From Methanomassiliicoccaceae archaeon UBA370 (GTDB taxonomy: Archaea > Thermoplasmatota > Thermoplasmata > Methanomassiliicoccales > Methanomethylophilaceae): 64,000 bases of DNA. The notes under the pieces were generated by a model that was not told the origin of the DNA, did not search any database, and was given only the letters and a program-made list of their open reading frames with translations. Each line of letters begins with the position of its first letter. The stretch's first letter is position 1. This document shows, piece after piece, positions 9,345-19,231 of the stretch. The stretch covers positions 50,374 through 114,373 of the forward strand of contig DAUY01000016.1 of assembly GCA_002505345.1 (NCBI GenBank). The letters are read 5' to 3'. The translations under genes were made by a program, and so were the position numbers.

Positions 9345-11249
9345 ATGAACGCAGACAGGCTGTTCGACAGCCTAAGGGAAGAGGTCACAAGGCTCGCGCC
9401 GGAGAACCTCGAAATATCCTCAATCGAATTCGAGGGGCCCTTGGTTGTCGTCTATACGAAAGAGTACGACAAGGTATCGGGCAACAACAAGGCCGCAAGG
9501 GATCTAGCGCAGAGCCTCCACAAAAGAGTGGACATCAGGCCTGACCCTTCGACTCTGGGCGACCCGGCCGTAGTAGAAGAGAAGCTTCGCTCCATGATAC
9601 CGGAGACGGCGGGGATATTCGACATATTCTTCAACGATGAAACGGGCGAGGCCACGGTTGAGGCGATAAAGCCGGACGTGGTCAAAGGCGAAGAGGGATC
9701 GCTGATACTCAATCTGAAACAGGAGACGGGATGGAACGTCAAAGTGATCCGCACCCCTCCCATACCGTCCAAGACGATCTCCGATGTCCGCGGATATCTG
9801 AGGGCGTACAGGGACGACAGGCACGAGATGCTGCGCCGTGTGGCGAAAAAGCTTGCCCGCCCCATGATAGGGGGAGAGCAGTGGGTCAGGGTCACGGCCA
9901 TGGGAGGCTTCAGGCAGGTCGGAAGGTCGGCTTCGCTGCTGACCACCAGAGAGAGCAAGATCCTCATAGATTGCGGTCTGGACCCGGGCAGCGAAGAAAC
10001 GCCTTATTTCGCGATCCCGGAGGCGCAACCCCTAAGCGATCTGGATGCTGTCGTGGTGACCCACGCCCATCTGGACCACTGCGGGACGCTGCCCGCACTG
10101 TTCAAATACGGATACGACGGGCCCGTGTACTGCACAGCACCCACACGCGACCTCATGGCGCTCCTCCAGCTGGACAACATAAAGCTGGGCTTCGGAGAGG
10201 GCAGGAAGAACCTCTACGAGGCGAAGGACGTCCGCAACGAGATAATGCACACCATCCCCCTGAAATACAATGAGACCACGGACATCGCTCCCGACGTCCG
10301 CCTCACCCTGTACAACGCCGGGCACATCCTGGGCTCTTCCATTGCGCACTTCCATGTCGGGGACGGCCTGCACAACGTCGCCTTCACCGGAGATACCAAA
10401 TTCGAAAAGACGTGGCTCTTCAACCCGGCCAACAACAAGTTCCCACGCCTGGAGTCCCTTGTGATCGAATCGACTTACGGAGGAAGGAACGACGAGCAGC
10501 CCTCTAGAGCGGATGCCTCGGAAGAGCTCGGCAAGCTCATGAGGCAGGCCACCGAGGGAGGGGGCAAGGTCCTCATCCCGGTCTTCGCCGTGGGAAGGTC
10601 CCAGGAGGTCATGCTTGTCATCGAGGAGCTCATGCGCACAGGCAAGATACCGACGCTCAACGTCTATCTCGACGGCATGATCTGGGAAGCGACGGCGATA
10701 CACACGGCCTACCCGGAGTACCTTAACAGCCAGCTCAGGACACGTATATTCCAGCAGGACGAGAATCCCTTCCTCTCCCCCATATTCAAGAGGGTCGAGA
10801 CGTCCGGCATGAGAGAAGAGATCTGCCATTCCCCCGACCCCTGCATCGTTCTTGCCACAAGCGGAATGATGTCCGGCGGCCCGGTCATGGAGTATTTCAG
10901 AGAATGGGCGGACGACGAGAAGAACTGGTTGCTTTTCGTGGGATATCAGAGCGAAGGCAGCATGGGACGCACGATCCAGAGGGGGCGTACCGACATAACC
11001 CTCAACCACCGCGGAAAGTCCATCAATCTCAAGATCAAGATGAACCGCGAAACGGTGGACGGTTTCTCGGGCCACTCCGACCGCAAGCAGCTGATGAAAT
11101 ACATATCCACGATGGAACCGAGGCCAGACAAGATACTGATAGGACACGGCGAGGACCGCAAATGCTCGGACCTGGCGTCTTCCATCTACAAGAAGTTCGG
11201 AATAGAGACCAAGGCCCCCCAGAACCTGGAAACCATAAGGCTCAGATGA
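9345..11249 (+). CDS. fttA: aCPSF1 / FttA: KH-domain beta-CASP metallo-beta-lactamase ribonuclease (archaeal transcription termination factor)
   Basis: 634 aa. N-terminal KH-like region, the metallo-beta-lactamase motif VVVTHAHLDHCG, and beta-CASP C-terminal motifs (GFSGHSD, LIGHGE). Confidence 0.93.
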   Translation: MNADRLFDSLREEVTRLAPENLEISSIEFEGPLVVVYTKEYDKVSGNNKAARDLAQSLHKRVDIRPDPSTLGDPAVVEEKLRSMIPETAGIFDIFFNDETGEATVEAIKPDVVKGEEGSLILNLKQETGWNVKVIRTPPIPSKTISDVRGYLRAYRDDRHEMLRRVAKKLARPMIGGEQWVRVTAMGGFRQVGRSASLLTTRESKILIDCGLDPGSEETPYFAIPEAQPLSDLDAVVVTHAHLDHCGTLPALFKYGYDGPVYCTAPTRDLMALLQLDNIKLGFGEGRKNLYEAKDVRNEIMHTIPLKYNETTDIAPDVRLTLYNAGHILGSSIAHFHVGDGLHNVAFTGDTKFEKTWLFNPANNKFPRLESLVIESTYGGRNDEQPSRADASEELGKLMRQATEGGGKVLIPVFAVGRSQEVMLVIEELMRTGKIPTLNVYLDGMIWEATAIHTAYPEYLNSQLRTRIFQQDENPFLSPIFKRVETSGMREEICHSPDPCIVLATSGMMSGGPVMEYFREWADDEKNWLLFVGYQSEGSMGRTIQRGRTDITLNHRGKSINLKIKMNRETVDGFSGHSDRKQLMKYISTMEPRPDKILIGHGEDRKCSDLASSIYKKFGIETKAPQNLETIRLR

Positions 11250-11283
11250 GAAGCCCCCGAAGGGTAAGGTGTTTGGTCGGCTC

Positions 11284-11829
11284 TCACCAGTTGGTAGCTC
11301 TTATCTCGAAGTAGGACTGGGGGTGCTTGCATACCGGGCATACCTTCGGAGCCTCGGCGGCGATGTGTATGTAACCGCAGTTGTTGCACTTCCACATCAC
11401 GACCTTGTCCCTCTTGAATACCAGGCCCTGCTCGATGTTCTTGAGGAGCGCCACATATCTGTCCTCGTGCTCCTTCTCGACGCCACCCACGGCATCGAAA
11501 AGTGCTGCGATCTGCAGGAATCCCTCCTCACGGGCAACCTTTGCGAACTCGGGGTACATTTCGTTCGTCTCGTAGTTCTCGCCTTCGGCGGCATCCTTCA
11601 GGTTAGCGACGGTGTCGGGTATGCAGTTGTCGTGGAGCGCCTTGAACCAGAGCTTTGCGTGCTCCTTCTCGTTCTCTGCGGTCTCCATGAATATGTTCGC
11701 GATCTGCTCATATCCTTCCTTCTTGGCCTGAGACGCATAATATGTGTATTTCGTCCTGGCCATGCTCTCGCCGGCAAAAGCGCTGTTGAGATTCGCCTCG
11801 GTCTTAGATCCTTTGAGTTCCATGTTCAA
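11284..11829 (-). CDS. rbr: Rubrerythrin
   Basis: 181 aa. Ferritin-like diiron region ([30 protein letters not shown]) plus a C-terminal rubredoxin fold CNNCGY...CPVCKHP. Confidence 0.93.
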   Translation of the reverse strand: MNMELKGSKTEANLNSAFAGESMARTKYTYYASQAKKEGYEQIANIFMETAENEKEHAKLWFKALHDNCIPDTVANLKDAAEGENYETNEMYPEFAKVAREEGFLQIAALFDAVGGVEKEHEDRYVALLKNIEQGLVFKRDKVVMWKCNNCGYIHIAAEAPKVCPVCKHPQSYFEIRATNW

Positions 11830-11907
11830 CCTCGGCCCTGCTAAGCCTTGAGCGGATATGAACTTATCTTTATCTGATTCACGATGTTAAGTATTGTATA
11901 TCGTAGA

Positions 11908-12543
11908 TCAGATCTTTTTCGGTTTGTGACCGAATCCTTTTTTGAGCTCGCCTTTTGAATCGAAATGATTCTTCAACAGCTTCGCAAGGTTGTTCTTCGC
12001 GTTCTGGTTATCCGGATCTAAGGATATGATCACTTCCAATTCCTTTTTCGCCGTAACGTAATCTCTGAGGTCGTTGAGCAGGAGAGAGGCGTAATTGATG
12101 TGGTAATCGCTGTTCCTCGGGTCTTTGGCTACCGCCATGCGATAATATTCTGCGGACCTCTTGAAGTCCAGCATCTGCATTTTCAGAAATGTGCCGTAGG
12201 CGTCGAACACGTCCGCGGAAGGGTCGAGCTCCAAAAGGCGCCGGTACAGTTCATCCGTCTCCTTGTTGTACTTCTTCTTGGAGCTGAGGGCCGTGACCTT
12301 CGCCTTGAGGCAGTCCATGTTGTCCGGCTCCAGCTCGGATACGATATCCAGCTGGAAGATGCCGAAATCGAACATGTTCAGGCCGTAGATGTATATGTTG
12401 GACAGAAGTATGCGGGGCTTCGCGTTGTGCGGGTCGCCCTTGAGGTACTCTTCCAGCGTCTTCGCCGCCCCTTCGGGGTTTCCGCTGGAGCTCTGGCGTT
12501 TGGCGCGTTCCATGGCCTCGTACGCTGTGTCCTTCATGACCAC
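11908..12543 (-). CDS. TPR-repeat protein
   Basis: 211 aa with repeated 34-aa-type helical motifs (A..YY..A...DP.N...), e.g. EYLKGDPHNAKP, LELDPSADVFDAYG, AVAKDPRNSDYHINYA, ISLDPDNQNAKNN. Confidence 0.7.
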   Translation of the reverse strand: MVMKDTAYEAMERAKRQSSSGNPEGAAKTLEEYLKGDPHNAKPRILLSNIYIYGLNMFDFGIFQLDIVSELEPDNMDCLKAKVTALSSKKKYNKETDELYRRLLELDPSADVFDAYGTFLKMQMLDFKRSAEYYRMAVAKDPRNSDYHINYASLLLNDLRDYVTAKKELEVIISLDPDNQNAKNNLAKLLKNHFDSKGELKKGFGHKPKKI

Positions 12544-12568
12544 CCGAAGTCAAACTAGCGTATAATCC

Positions 12569-13054
12569 TTGTCAGTAACGTTTTTCAAATCCGCAGGGCA
12601 TGCCTCAGAGAGGGCGACGAAGATATACCTGGCCGGCCCGCTGTTCTGCGAAGCGGAGCTGGATTTCAATAGGAAGCTCGCCGGGAAGCTGAGGGAATAT
12701 GGTTTCGATGTGCTTTTGCCCCAGGAGCTCGGCCTGGATGTGAAGGAGACCGTCGCCTCCGACGGCCGCGGCGCTTACATCCGGATATTCGATTCGGACC
12801 TGAACGCTCTCAGAGGCTGCGACGTCCTAGTGATGGTGATGGACGGAAGGGTTCCGGACGAGGGCGCATGCGTCGAACTCGGTATCGCCTTCGGATCGGG
12901 GATGGAATGCTTCGGCTTCAAGACCGACGTACGGACCTCGGAGTACGGAACAGATAATTTCATGATAACGGGTGCGTTGAAAGGAAGGGTCGCCAACGAC
13001 GCGGAACGCCTCAGGGATATGATAAATTTCGCCGTTGGCACATCTAACGGTTAA
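12569..13054 (+). CDS. Nucleoside 2-deoxyribosyltransferase family protein
   Basis: 161 aa. The KIYLAGPLFCEAELDFN motif and a later acidic E (DEGACVELG) fit the family. The only in-frame start upstream of the conserved KIYLAGP is the TTG at 12569. Confidence 0.7.
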   Translation: MSVTFFKSAGHASERATKIYLAGPLFCEAELDFNRKLAGKLREYGFDVLLPQELGLDVKETVASDGRGAYIRIFDSDLNALRGCDVLVMVMDGRVPDEGACVELGIAFGSGMECFGFKTDVRTSEYGTDNFMITGALKGRVANDAERLRDMINFAVGTSNG

Positions 13055-13080
13055 ATACAGTTAAGTCGATTATCGTTGCG

Positions 13081-13338
13081 ATGACGCCTGCAAACGCGGA
13101 AAAACCCGATTCGGACGAAAAGGAGACAAAGCCGAAATCTAACTCCAAGACCTACAGGATAGTCCACGACAAGGAAGAGAACAAGTGGAGGGTTAAGGCC
13201 GACGGGGCGAAACGTGCCATCGGCTACTACAACACCAAGGTCGAGGCCGAACAGAAGGTCAAGGAACTGAAGGCCAAGAACAAGGAAGCAAAGGTCTCGG
13301 TACACAAGATGGACGGAAAGTTCCAGAAGCAGAAGTGA
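13081..13338 (+). CDS. Small basic DUF2188-like protein
   Basis: 85 aa. YRIVHDKEENKWRVKADGAKRAIGYYNTKVEAEQK...VSVHKMDGKF matches the DUF2188 pattern as I remember it. Confidence 0.55.
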   Translation: MTPANAEKPDSDEKETKPKSNSKTYRIVHDKEENKWRVKADGAKRAIGYYNTKVEAEQKVKELKAKNKEAKVSVHKMDGKFQKQK

Positions 13339-13383
13339 TATTCCGCCCCGGATTCGGACGGACGGACAGAGGAATGGGCCTCT

Positions 13384-14526
13384 TTAGAGGTCGCTTTCTT
13401 TGTATTTTTTCAGTTTCTTTTGTTTCTCCTCGTTGAAGTTATCGACGAGACCTTTTTTGAACTGGCTATAGAAGTTGTTGACATAGATGAAAGAATACAG
13501 GACTGATGTGACGCCCATCAGCAGAATGTAGCTGCCGTAAGTGATCAGCACCTTCGAGAAATCCATGTGCAGGTATGCCAACAGCGTTATCAGAAGCATG
13601 AAGAAAGTGATGGCCAGCACGCTCATGCTCAGGCGCCTCTTCATACCTCTCCAGAGATAAAGTTCCCTGGGGGCCTGGGATATCGCCTTCGCGCCGACGG
13701 CGCGTATTATGTGCCAGGGTATTATCAGTACAGCGATGAAAAGCGAAAGAAGAAGGGACAGCATGACCATCTCTTCTATCGGCATCTCGTTGACGAAATA
13801 GGGGTTCAGGAAGATATAGGAACATATGATGAATCCCATGTAGAATATGTCGAAGGCCACCTCCCTGAAGACCTCCGAATTGAATTTGCCATCGTCCTCC
13901 TCGGGATCCAGCACCACATCTTTCACGTCTATGATGTCGGGCACGTCGAAGAACCACAAGGCGATCCTTTTGATCTTGCCCTTGGGATTCTGGCTGACGA
14001 GACCCAGCATCAGCCTCGAGAAGTACCTTCTGAAATAAGCTGATATCACGGATGACACTGCGATGGCCACGAAGAGTATCGCCGCCTCTATGACATAGAA
14101 TCCGGCGAGCATCGTTTTTACGGTTACTTCACCGTCTCCCATGAAAAAGTAGAAGCGGCTGATGAACAGGTTCGGTGCGAACCCCTTTCCGTATATGTAG
14201 AACAGCGAAAAGGAGAGGATTATGGGAAGCAGAACAAGGATCGGGACGATGTAACGGTACTTTATCATGGGCGCGTCCATAAAAAATGCACAGAACATTC
14301 CGAGCGCCGCGAACCCCAGAACGAAACCCACGCACAACCAGTACAATATATCATAAGTCGTGCTGGCCGAGTACTCCGTGGAAAGTATGCCCACCGCCAG
14401 CAGGCAGCTCAATATCACCAACGGAAAATATGTGACTATGATTGTGTCCAGCTTTTCGTGCCTGGGCTTAGCGTCCTTTGATCCCATGTTCGACAGTCCT
14501 CCACCTGGTACATGACCGATGGACAT
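13384..14526 (-). CDS. Polytopic membrane protein, no family recognised
   Basis: The long ORF (track 13384-14559, TTG start) has about 9 hydrophobic segments and a charged central loop (VVLDPEEDDGKFNSE). In-frame ATGs lie at 14526 and 14487. A TATA-like AATATATT at 14541-14548 favours one of these. Confidence 0.6.
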   Translation of the reverse strand: MSIGHVPGGGLSNMGSKDAKPRHEKLDTIIVTYFPLVILSCLLAVGILSTEYSASTTYDILYWLCVGFVLGFAALGMFCAFFMDAPMIKYRYIVPILVLLPIILSFSLFYIYGKGFAPNLFISRFYFFMGDGEVTVKTMLAGFYVIEAAILFVAIAVSSVISAYFRRYFSRLMLGLVSQNPKGKIKRIALWFFDVPDIIDVKDVVLDPEEDDGKFNSEVFREVAFDIFYMGFIICSYIFLNPYFVNEMPIEEMVMLSLLLSLFIAVLIIPWHIIRAVGAKAISQAPRELYLWRGMKRRLSMSVLAITFFMLLITLLAYLHMDFSKVLITYGSYILLMGVTSVLYSFIYVNNFYSQFKKGLVDNFNEEKQKKLKKYKESDL

Positions 14527-14574
14527 CTTATCCTTTCGCAAATATATTATTGATGGCAATCGATAGGCTACATC

Positions 14575-15729
14575 ATGGCCGACCCGAAGGGATTAAAGAA
14601 CAGGGGATACACGCACAGCGATGTGGACGAACGCCGCTCTGCGGCGGAAGAGTTCAGCGGTGCGTCTCTCGAAAGCATATCCAAATACTGCTTCAGCTCG
14701 GAAGCCGCCTCCAAGAACATAGAGAATATGATCGGTGCCACCCAGATCCCGCTGGGGTTCGCAGGGCCCGTGACCATCGAGGGGGACTACGCATCCGGCA
14801 GGTTCCTCATCCCTCTTGCTACGACCGAAGGCGCCCTGGTGGCATCCATTTCCCGCGGAATGTCGGTGGCCGAGGATGCGGGAGGGATCCGGACCAAGGT
14901 ATTTTGGGACGCCATGACCCGTGCACCCGTATTCAGGGTCAGGAACCTGGCTCATTCTGCAGAGGTGATGGACTGGGTCGCGGACAACATGGATCTGGTA
15001 GACGAAGCGGTCGGCAAGACCACTTCCCACGGTAAGCTGATCGATATAGAGATGGTCCCCAACGGGAGGAGCCTGTATATGAGGTTCATCTACGCCACGG
15101 GTGACGCCATGGGAATGAACATGGCCACGATCGCGACGGAGGCCGCCAGCAGACTTATAGAGGAAAAGACCGGAGCGATGATGGTGTCCGTATCCGGCAA
15201 CATGTGCAGCGACAAGAAAGCAGCGGCGATCAATATAGTGAAAGGGCGCGGAAAGGCCGTTGTGGCAGAGGCCCTGATCCCGAAAGAGGTCGTCGAGAAG
15301 AGGTTGCATGCGACCGTTGGCTCGATCGTCGATATCAACTACCGCAAGAACCTGATGGGCAGCGCTTTGTCTGTGACCATGGGCGCCAACGCGCACGCGG
15401 CAAACATGGCAGCGGCCCTTTACATCGCCACGGGCCAGGACCCCGCACAGGTCGTAGGCGCAAGCATGTCCTTCACCTCATGCGAAGACGCGGACGGGGA
15501 CCTTTACATCTCCGTCAGAATGCCCGTGGTGGAGGTTGGAACGGTAGGGGGAGGCACATCCCTGCCCTGCCAGAAAGAGGCCCTCGCCATGATCGGATGC
15601 TCCGGAGCCGGAAAGGCGAGGAAGCTTTCGGAGATCGTGGCTTCCACGGTCCTCGCCGGAGAGCTTTCCACCCTGGCGGCCCAGGCCGCAGGCCAGCTCG
15701 GTTCGGCACACAGGGCCCTCGGACGCTGA
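14575..15729 (+). CDS. hmgA: Hydroxymethylglutaryl-CoA reductase (class I, NADPH)
   Basis: 384 aa with TTEGALVAS, TGDAMGMNM and VGTVGGGT catalytic-domain motifs. Confidence 0.93.
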   Translation: MADPKGLKNRGYTHSDVDERRSAAEEFSGASLESISKYCFSSEAASKNIENMIGATQIPLGFAGPVTIEGDYASGRFLIPLATTEGALVASISRGMSVAEDAGGIRTKVFWDAMTRAPVFRVRNLAHSAEVMDWVADNMDLVDEAVGKTTSHGKLIDIEMVPNGRSLYMRFIYATGDAMGMNMATIATEAASRLIEEKTGAMMVSVSGNMCSDKKAAAINIVKGRGKAVVAEALIPKEVVEKRLHATVGSIVDINYRKNLMGSALSVTMGANAHAANMAAALYIATGQDPAQVVGASMSFTSCEDADGDLYISVRMPVVEVGTVGGGTSLPCQKEALAMIGCSGAGKARKLSEIVASTVLAGELSTLAAQAAGQLGSAHRALGR

Positions 15730-15741
15730 TCCTGAAAGTCC

Positions 15742-15749
15742 TTTTATAG
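15742..15749 (+). promoter_or_regulatory. TATA box for pheT (near-leaderless)
   Basis: TTTTATAG ends 22 nt upstream of the ATG at 15771. Confidence 0.5.
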
Positions 15750-15770
15750 GGATTTCCCCATGGTGTGGAT

Positions 15771-17435
15771 ATGCCAGTAATCAACTTCAGCTACAGCGAC
15801 CTTTGCTCGCTGATAGGTGAGGATGTTCCGCAGTCCCTGCTTGTTGAAAAAATACCTCTGCTGGGCGCGGACATGCACGATACCGAGGAAGGCTCCGACG
15901 ACATGTCGGTCGAATTCTTCCCTAACAGACCGGACCTCTACTGCGTGGAGGGGCTAGCAAGGGCCCTAAGGTCATTTCTAGGATTGCAAACGGGAATGCA
16001 GGAATATCACGTGGAAGATACGGACATCGAGGTCACGATCGACGGGAGCGTCAGGTCTTTGCGCCCGTATTTCCTCTGCGGAGCCGTTTTCGATGTGGAA
16101 GTGGACGAGAGCCTGCTCAAATCGATGATGGAGCTTCAGGAGAAACTCCATCTGACCATCGGACGCAAGAGGAGCAAACTGGCGATAGGCATACACGACC
16201 TTGACAAGGTGGCCCCTCCTTTCACATACTCCCTGGAGGATCCGAAAGAAGTTAGGTTCGTGCCTCTGGCCAAGACAGAAGAAATGAACTTAAACGAGAT
16301 ATTGGAGAGGCACGAGAAGGGGCGTGAATACGCCGACCTGCTGAAAGGCGCGGATAAGTATCCCATCATCAGGGATTCTGAGGGAAACGTACTGTCGTTC
16401 CCGCCCATTATCAACGGAGCGCTTACCACGGTCACAACCGAGACCCGCAACCTTTTCATCGATGTCACGGGAACCGACCGCAAAGCTGTCAAGGGGGCCC
16501 TCGACATCGTCTGCACCGCCCTCGCCGAGAGAGGAGGCAGCATCGGGGCCGTCCACATGTACGAAGACGGCAAAGCTTTCGTTTCACCTGACCTCGCTCC
16601 CTGCGACCGCACCATATCGTCCGGCGAATGCGATAAATTCCTGGGGACGTCGCTCGGACAGTCCGGGACCGCAGACGCCTTGCGCAGGATGGGTCTCGAC
16701 GCCGCACCGGCGAGGGGCGACTCCGACGGAGTGTTCGTTTCCGTTCCTTCCACAAGATTGGACATCATGCACGACGTGGACATCTACGAGGACGTGGCCG
16801 CCGGCCACGGTTTCGAGAAGTTCGGAGGACCGTACAAGTTGGACCAGACCGTGGCATCGCGTCTTGCCGAGACCGTATTTTCTGACAGCATCCGCAACGT
16901 GATGATCGGGCTGGGCTACACCGAAGTGACCACTCTGACGCTCAGCAACGAAACGGAGGAGTTCGGCATCTCGGGAATCCCGGAGGTCGATACCGTCCGG
17001 ATAAAGAACCCCATAACCGAGGACCACACATGCCTCAGGGCAAATCTGTTCCCCAGCCTCATGAGGATACTGAGGCACAACCGCCATAGGGACCTTCCTC
17101 AGAAGATATTCGAGGCGGGGTACGTGGTAAGAGACTGCAGGAACAGCCTCCACCTCTGCGCCGTGATGGCCGCATCCAAAACTTCGTTCACCGAGGCAAA
17201 GTCGCTCGCGGAAAGCATCCTCAGAGAGATAGGGTGCGAATACTCGATCGAGAACTGCGGACATGAAACGTTCGTTCCGGGAAGAGGCGCCCTTGTGCTG
17301 GCGGACGGTGTTCCCATCGGATCGTTCGGAGAAGTTTCTCCGAAGGTTATAACCGATTTCGAGATCAACCACCCCGTGATGATGGTAGAGCTGGACCTGG
17401 ATAAGTTCGTGTCCGAGAGCACCAGCATGTTCTGA
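15771..17435 (+). CDS. pheT: Phenylalanine--tRNA ligase beta subunit
   Basis: The track ORF begins at GTG 15765. The ATG at 15771 gives MPVINFSYSDLCSLIG, a typical archaeal PheT N-terminus. Length is about 554 aa with B3/4-B5-catalytic-like architecture. Confidence 0.92.
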   Translation: MPVINFSYSDLCSLIGEDVPQSLLVEKIPLLGADMHDTEEGSDDMSVEFFPNRPDLYCVEGLARALRSFLGLQTGMQEYHVEDTDIEVTIDGSVRSLRPYFLCGAVFDVEVDESLLKSMMELQEKLHLTIGRKRSKLAIGIHDLDKVAPPFTYSLEDPKEVRFVPLAKTEEMNLNEILERHEKGREYADLLKGADKYPIIRDSEGNVLSFPPIINGALTTVTTETRNLFIDVTGTDRKAVKGALDIVCTALAERGGSIGAVHMYEDGKAFVSPDLAPCDRTISSGECDKFLGTSLGQSGTADALRRMGLDAAPARGDSDGVFVSVPSTRLDIMHDVDIYEDVAAGHGFEKFGGPYKLDQTVASRLAETVFSDSIRNVMIGLGYTEVTTLTLSNETEEFGISGIPEVDTVRIKNPITEDHTCLRANLFPSLMRILRHNRHRDLPQKIFEAGYVVRDCRNSLHLCAVMAASKTSFTEAKSLAESILREIGCEYSIENCGHETFVPGRGALVLADGVPIGSFGEVSPKVITDFEINHPVMMVELDLDKFVSESTSMF

Positions 17436-17444
17436 AGTGATCTT

Positions 17445-17915
17445 ATGAATGTGGGAGATGCGTTTCCGGAGTTTTTACTAGCCGACGAGAACGGCGAAAT
17501 ATTCGACAGCAAAGCGATGGCAGGCGTGCGTTATGTGATATACTTCTATCCGAAGGACAACACATCGGGGTGCACCCGGGAGGCCGTGGACTTTTCAGGG
17601 CTCATCGTCAACTTCATGCTTCGCAACGTTGCGGTGATAGGTGTCAGCAGAGACTCTCCCGCTTCCCATAGAAAGTTCATCGACAAGAACGGACTGAAGA
17701 TCAAACTCCTTAGCGACCCGGACCGCTCCCTCACGGAGGCGGCCGGCGCCTGGGGCAAGAAGATGATGTATGGCAAGGAAGTCGAAGGCGTCATACGTTC
17801 CACTTTCATAGTGGGAAGGGACGGGAAGGTCGAGGCCCTATGGAAGAAGGTGAAGGTCGACGGTCATGCGCAGGAAGTTCTCGACCGCACCATATCCCTT
17901 TCCAAGAGCCAGTGA
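17445..17915 (+). CDS. bcp: Peroxiredoxin, Bcp-type thiol peroxidase
   Basis: 156 aa with the peroxidatic Cys motif YFYPKDNTSGCTREA. Confidence 0.9.
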   Translation: MNVGDAFPEFLLADENGEIFDSKAMAGVRYVIYFYPKDNTSGCTREAVDFSGLIVNFMLRNVAVIGVSRDSPASHRKFIDKNGLKIKLLSDPDRSLTEAAGAWGKKMMYGKEVEGVIRSTFIVGRDGKVEALWKKVKVDGHAQEVLDRTISLSKSQ

Positions 17916-18629
17916 TCAAAGGATCTGCTTGAATCCGTCACCTTTGTACTGCCAGTAGAAAGCTGTGCCTCCGCGCCCCTCCTGAGCGGCGGGGAAGGGG
18001 AACACGCCCTCTTTGACAGTTGCCACCTGTGGGAACGTTATGCACTCGTAACGCGTTTTCCTGCCCTCGGAAACACGGAACATGCTGAGCTTTCTACCTT
18101 CCAGTGCCAGATCGCTGCATTCGGTTACAATTCCGGTGCCCATCGAGGCCGCCGCCCTGGGTGCCAGCTCCGCCCCTCTCGGTGTCGACCCGATGAGGAC
18201 GGTAGCAGGGATCACGCGCTCGCATACTGCCGCAACAGATTCCGCGTATGCCTCGGGGTGGAAGACCGAGAGACGTGGGTCCCTCACATGGTAAAGCGTG
18301 TCAACTCCGAAAGAGAAGATCTCCTTATAGAGCTCCTTCCTTTCGGGACCTCCGAAGACTATCCCGAAAATACGGCCTCCCTGCATCTCCGAAGCCTTAC
18401 CCAGCAGCTGTATCGAAACGGGTTCGATCTTCTGTACGCCGCCTTTATCCGATACCTCTATGAAAACCAGGGTACCGTCGGCGGTGGACTGGTTCGTATT
18501 GTAATGCTCCAGCATGCCGGGAGGAAGTTTCTTTTCCCCTCCGCATGAACCGGAGCTGCAGGAGTCTCCCGAACTGTATGACGGGCATGAACCGCTGGAA
18601 GCGCATCCATCGCATCCGCCCATCAGCAA
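17916..18629 (-). CDS. ETF alpha-like protein, N-terminal domain only (no FAD-binding domain), with a Cys/Ser/Gly-rich N-terminus
   Basis: 237 aa. VFIEVSDKGG...LLGKASE...GIVFGG...VDTLYHV...VLIGSTPRGAELAPRAAA resembles ETF-alpha domains I/II. The protein ends before any ETF-alpha FAD domain. The N-terminus is MLMGGCDGCASSGSCPSYSSGDSCSSGSCGG. Confidence 0.6.
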   Translation of the reverse strand: MLMGGCDGCASSGSCPSYSSGDSCSSGSCGGEKKLPPGMLEHYNTNQSTADGTLVFIEVSDKGGVQKIEPVSIQLLGKASEMQGGRIFGIVFGGPERKELYKEIFSFGVDTLYHVRDPRLSVFHPEAYAESVAAVCERVIPATVLIGSTPRGAELAPRAAASMGTGIVTECSDLALEGRKLSMFRVSEGRKTRYECITFPQVATVKEGVFPFPAAQEGRGGTAFYWQYKGDGFKQIL

Positions 18630-19231
18630 ACCTCCCTTTCGAATACCCTTGAGCCGAAAGATCCAACCGACATCTCCGCGAGTTCGAGATCTTCCAGCCC
18701 CAATATTCTGACATCCGATGTGCTGGCACCTTTATCTTGGAAAGGAATATCTACGCCTTCCTTAAGCGAAATGACGGATCCCGACGGAACACGGCACCTT
18801 CTCCTATCGTCTCCGTAGTCTTGTGTTACGATCATTCCCAGATCGTCCCTCTCCATATCGGCGACATAGCAGAACTGCTGGGCTCGTATAAGATGTGCCA
18901 GCATAGGCATTGCAGAGCTGTATCGGGCGAATATCAGGGCTTCTGCGCCGGGATGGTATTTTCCGGCGAATGCCGCGTATGTCCTTGCGAGAGCCCATGT
19001 GTCAGAGCCGATGAATGCTTTGTCCATAAGGCGGTAGGTCTCGGAGGCGCCCGCCGATATGCAAGTATCGAGAATCTCGTCGAGCTTCTCGCCGCCGATG
19101 GCCACTGCTGAAAAAGTATCGCCCTCCTGCATGACGGACTGCAGCATGCCCAGGGCGGAATCGGGACCGCCCGTCACGAATAGAACGTAATCCATGTGAC
19201 GGTATACGGTCGCCAGGATATTTATATTCAA
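18623..19231 (-). CDS. ETF beta-like protein (short, degenerate)
   Basis: 202 aa. GASETYRLMDKAFIGSDTWALARTYAA resembles the GAD...D.AFAGADT.ATA..LA core of EtfB. The C-terminal VGSFGSRV resembles the GL.GSPT.V motif. It lacks the C-terminal arm. Confidence 0.6.
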   Translation of the reverse strand: MNINILATVYRHMDYVLFVTGGPDSALGMLQSVMQEGDTFSAVAIGGEKLDEILDTCISAGASETYRLMDKAFIGSDTWALARTYAAFAGKYHPGAEALIFARYSSAMPMLAHLIRAQQFCYVADMERDDLGMIVTQDYGDDRRRCRVPSGSVISLKEGVDIPFQDKGASTSDVRILGLEDLELAEMSVGSFGSRVFEREVC

